The notes under the pieces: generated by a model
The model's input: the letters and a program-made list of their open reading frames with translations, nothing else
What the model was told of the DNA's origin: nothing
The model's database searches: none
Made by a program: the position numbers and the translations under genes
DNA from: a virus
Lineage: Duplodnaviria > Caudoviricetes
IMG/VR virus record: IMGVR_UViG_3300045526_000031
Coordinates: 1 to 36,564 of that record
Reading direction: 5' to 3' (one strand)
DNA length: 36,564 bases
Part shown: one piece after another, positions 36,051 to 36,564 of the stretch
Layout of the letters: each line of letters opens with the position of its first letter
Position numbering within the stretch: the stretch's first letter is position 1

Positions 36051-36392
36051 TACTTCTCCCTCCCTAAAACCTCCAGTAGTGGTGCACTGGAGGTGTGGAA
36101 CAGCGGTTTGGGGGTTCCCGTAAGACGGAGCCCCCTTCCAATGACCACAAAGACAAGATCTCCCTCCCTAGTAGGGGGGAAAGGGGGGTAAGAAAGACCA
36201 AAAAGACCATCATTATAGACCTATAGATCTATGATCAGGGAGGGGCGTAGCCCCGACCGTCAAGACCTATTGATCTATAATCCACTAACACCAACACCAT
36301 AACACTCTAACAGCTATTGAACTATAGCTCTATAGAACTATAGCTGTATAGCATACAGATCGTATGCTGCTGTTACCACATCCATAACCATC
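36051..36392. repeat. Non-coding spacer with several hairpins and CTATAG-type short repeats
   Basis: Hairpins 36070-36093 and 36110-36135; AGACCTATWGATCTAT at 36217 and 36263; GAACTATAGCT at 36319 and 36335. Confidence 0.75.
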
Positions 36393-36564
36393 ATGTCTGC
36401 TAAGCTTGTTTGGATCACTCCTCATGCTGAAGACCTTGTGGTCTATCAGGCTAGGGTCTCTAACCCTAAGAGCCAAGAGGATGGATCTAACCCTGATCGA
36501 TTGATCAAGTACCTCATCAAACATAAGCACTGGTCTCCCTTTGAGATGGCTAGTATGTGTGTTG
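36393..36564 (+). CDS. thyX: FAD-dependent thymidylate synthase ThyX (3'-truncated by the window)
   Basis: Manual translation MSAKLVWITPHAEDLVVYQARVSNP...LIKYLIKHKHWSPFEMASMCV matches the ThyX N-terminus (ARVS, HWSPFE). Confidence 0.9.
   Translation, partial: MSAKLVWITPHAEDLVVYQARVSNPKSQEDGSNPDRLIKYLIKHKHWSPFEMASMCV

Noticed and set aside
36109-36124. Phage RNA polymerase promoter resembling the Syn5 promoter (TGGGGGTTCCCGTAA; looser look-alikes at 11568, 12768 and 34281)
   Set aside because: Only partial similarity to a remembered consensus; the copies disagree with each other and are explained as GC-rich hairpin arms.
36210-36352. CRISPR-like mini-array
   Set aside because: Repeats are 11-16 bp, only paired, with no regular unique spacers.

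Overview
About 36.5 kb of a T7-like podovirus (Autographiviridae-type) genome, with every credible gene on the + strand. The host is most likely a picocyanobacterium (inference from the compact class I RNR, the short-insert Pol A and non-SD leaders). Gene order: primase-helicase (5' truncated), DNA polymerase A, endoVII-type nuclease, exonuclease, DUF3310, MazG-like, RNR alpha/beta, portal, scaffold, capsid, second endoVII, tail tube A/B, internal virion proteins, two tailspikes, holin, GH73 endolysin, small terminase, an accessory structural block, large terminase, a repeat/hairpin-rich spacer, and a 3'-truncated thyX missing from the ORF track. No RNA polymerase, integrase, tRNA, CRISPR or photosynthesis gene was seen. 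Most notable: (1) a 99-bp, ~80%-identical alternative version of a tailspike segment embedded in a small frame-broken gene just upstream of that tailspike; (2) a densely structured capsid leader with two CCGA-N4-TCGG palindromes and a pistol-ribozyme-like 5' part; (3) an RNR beta lacking the radical Tyr; (4) an internal virion protein with an intact transglycosylase and an apparently Zn-dead M23 domain; (5) a 13 x 22-aa repeat protein in the terminase-region accessory block. All calls are by eye; no searches were run.
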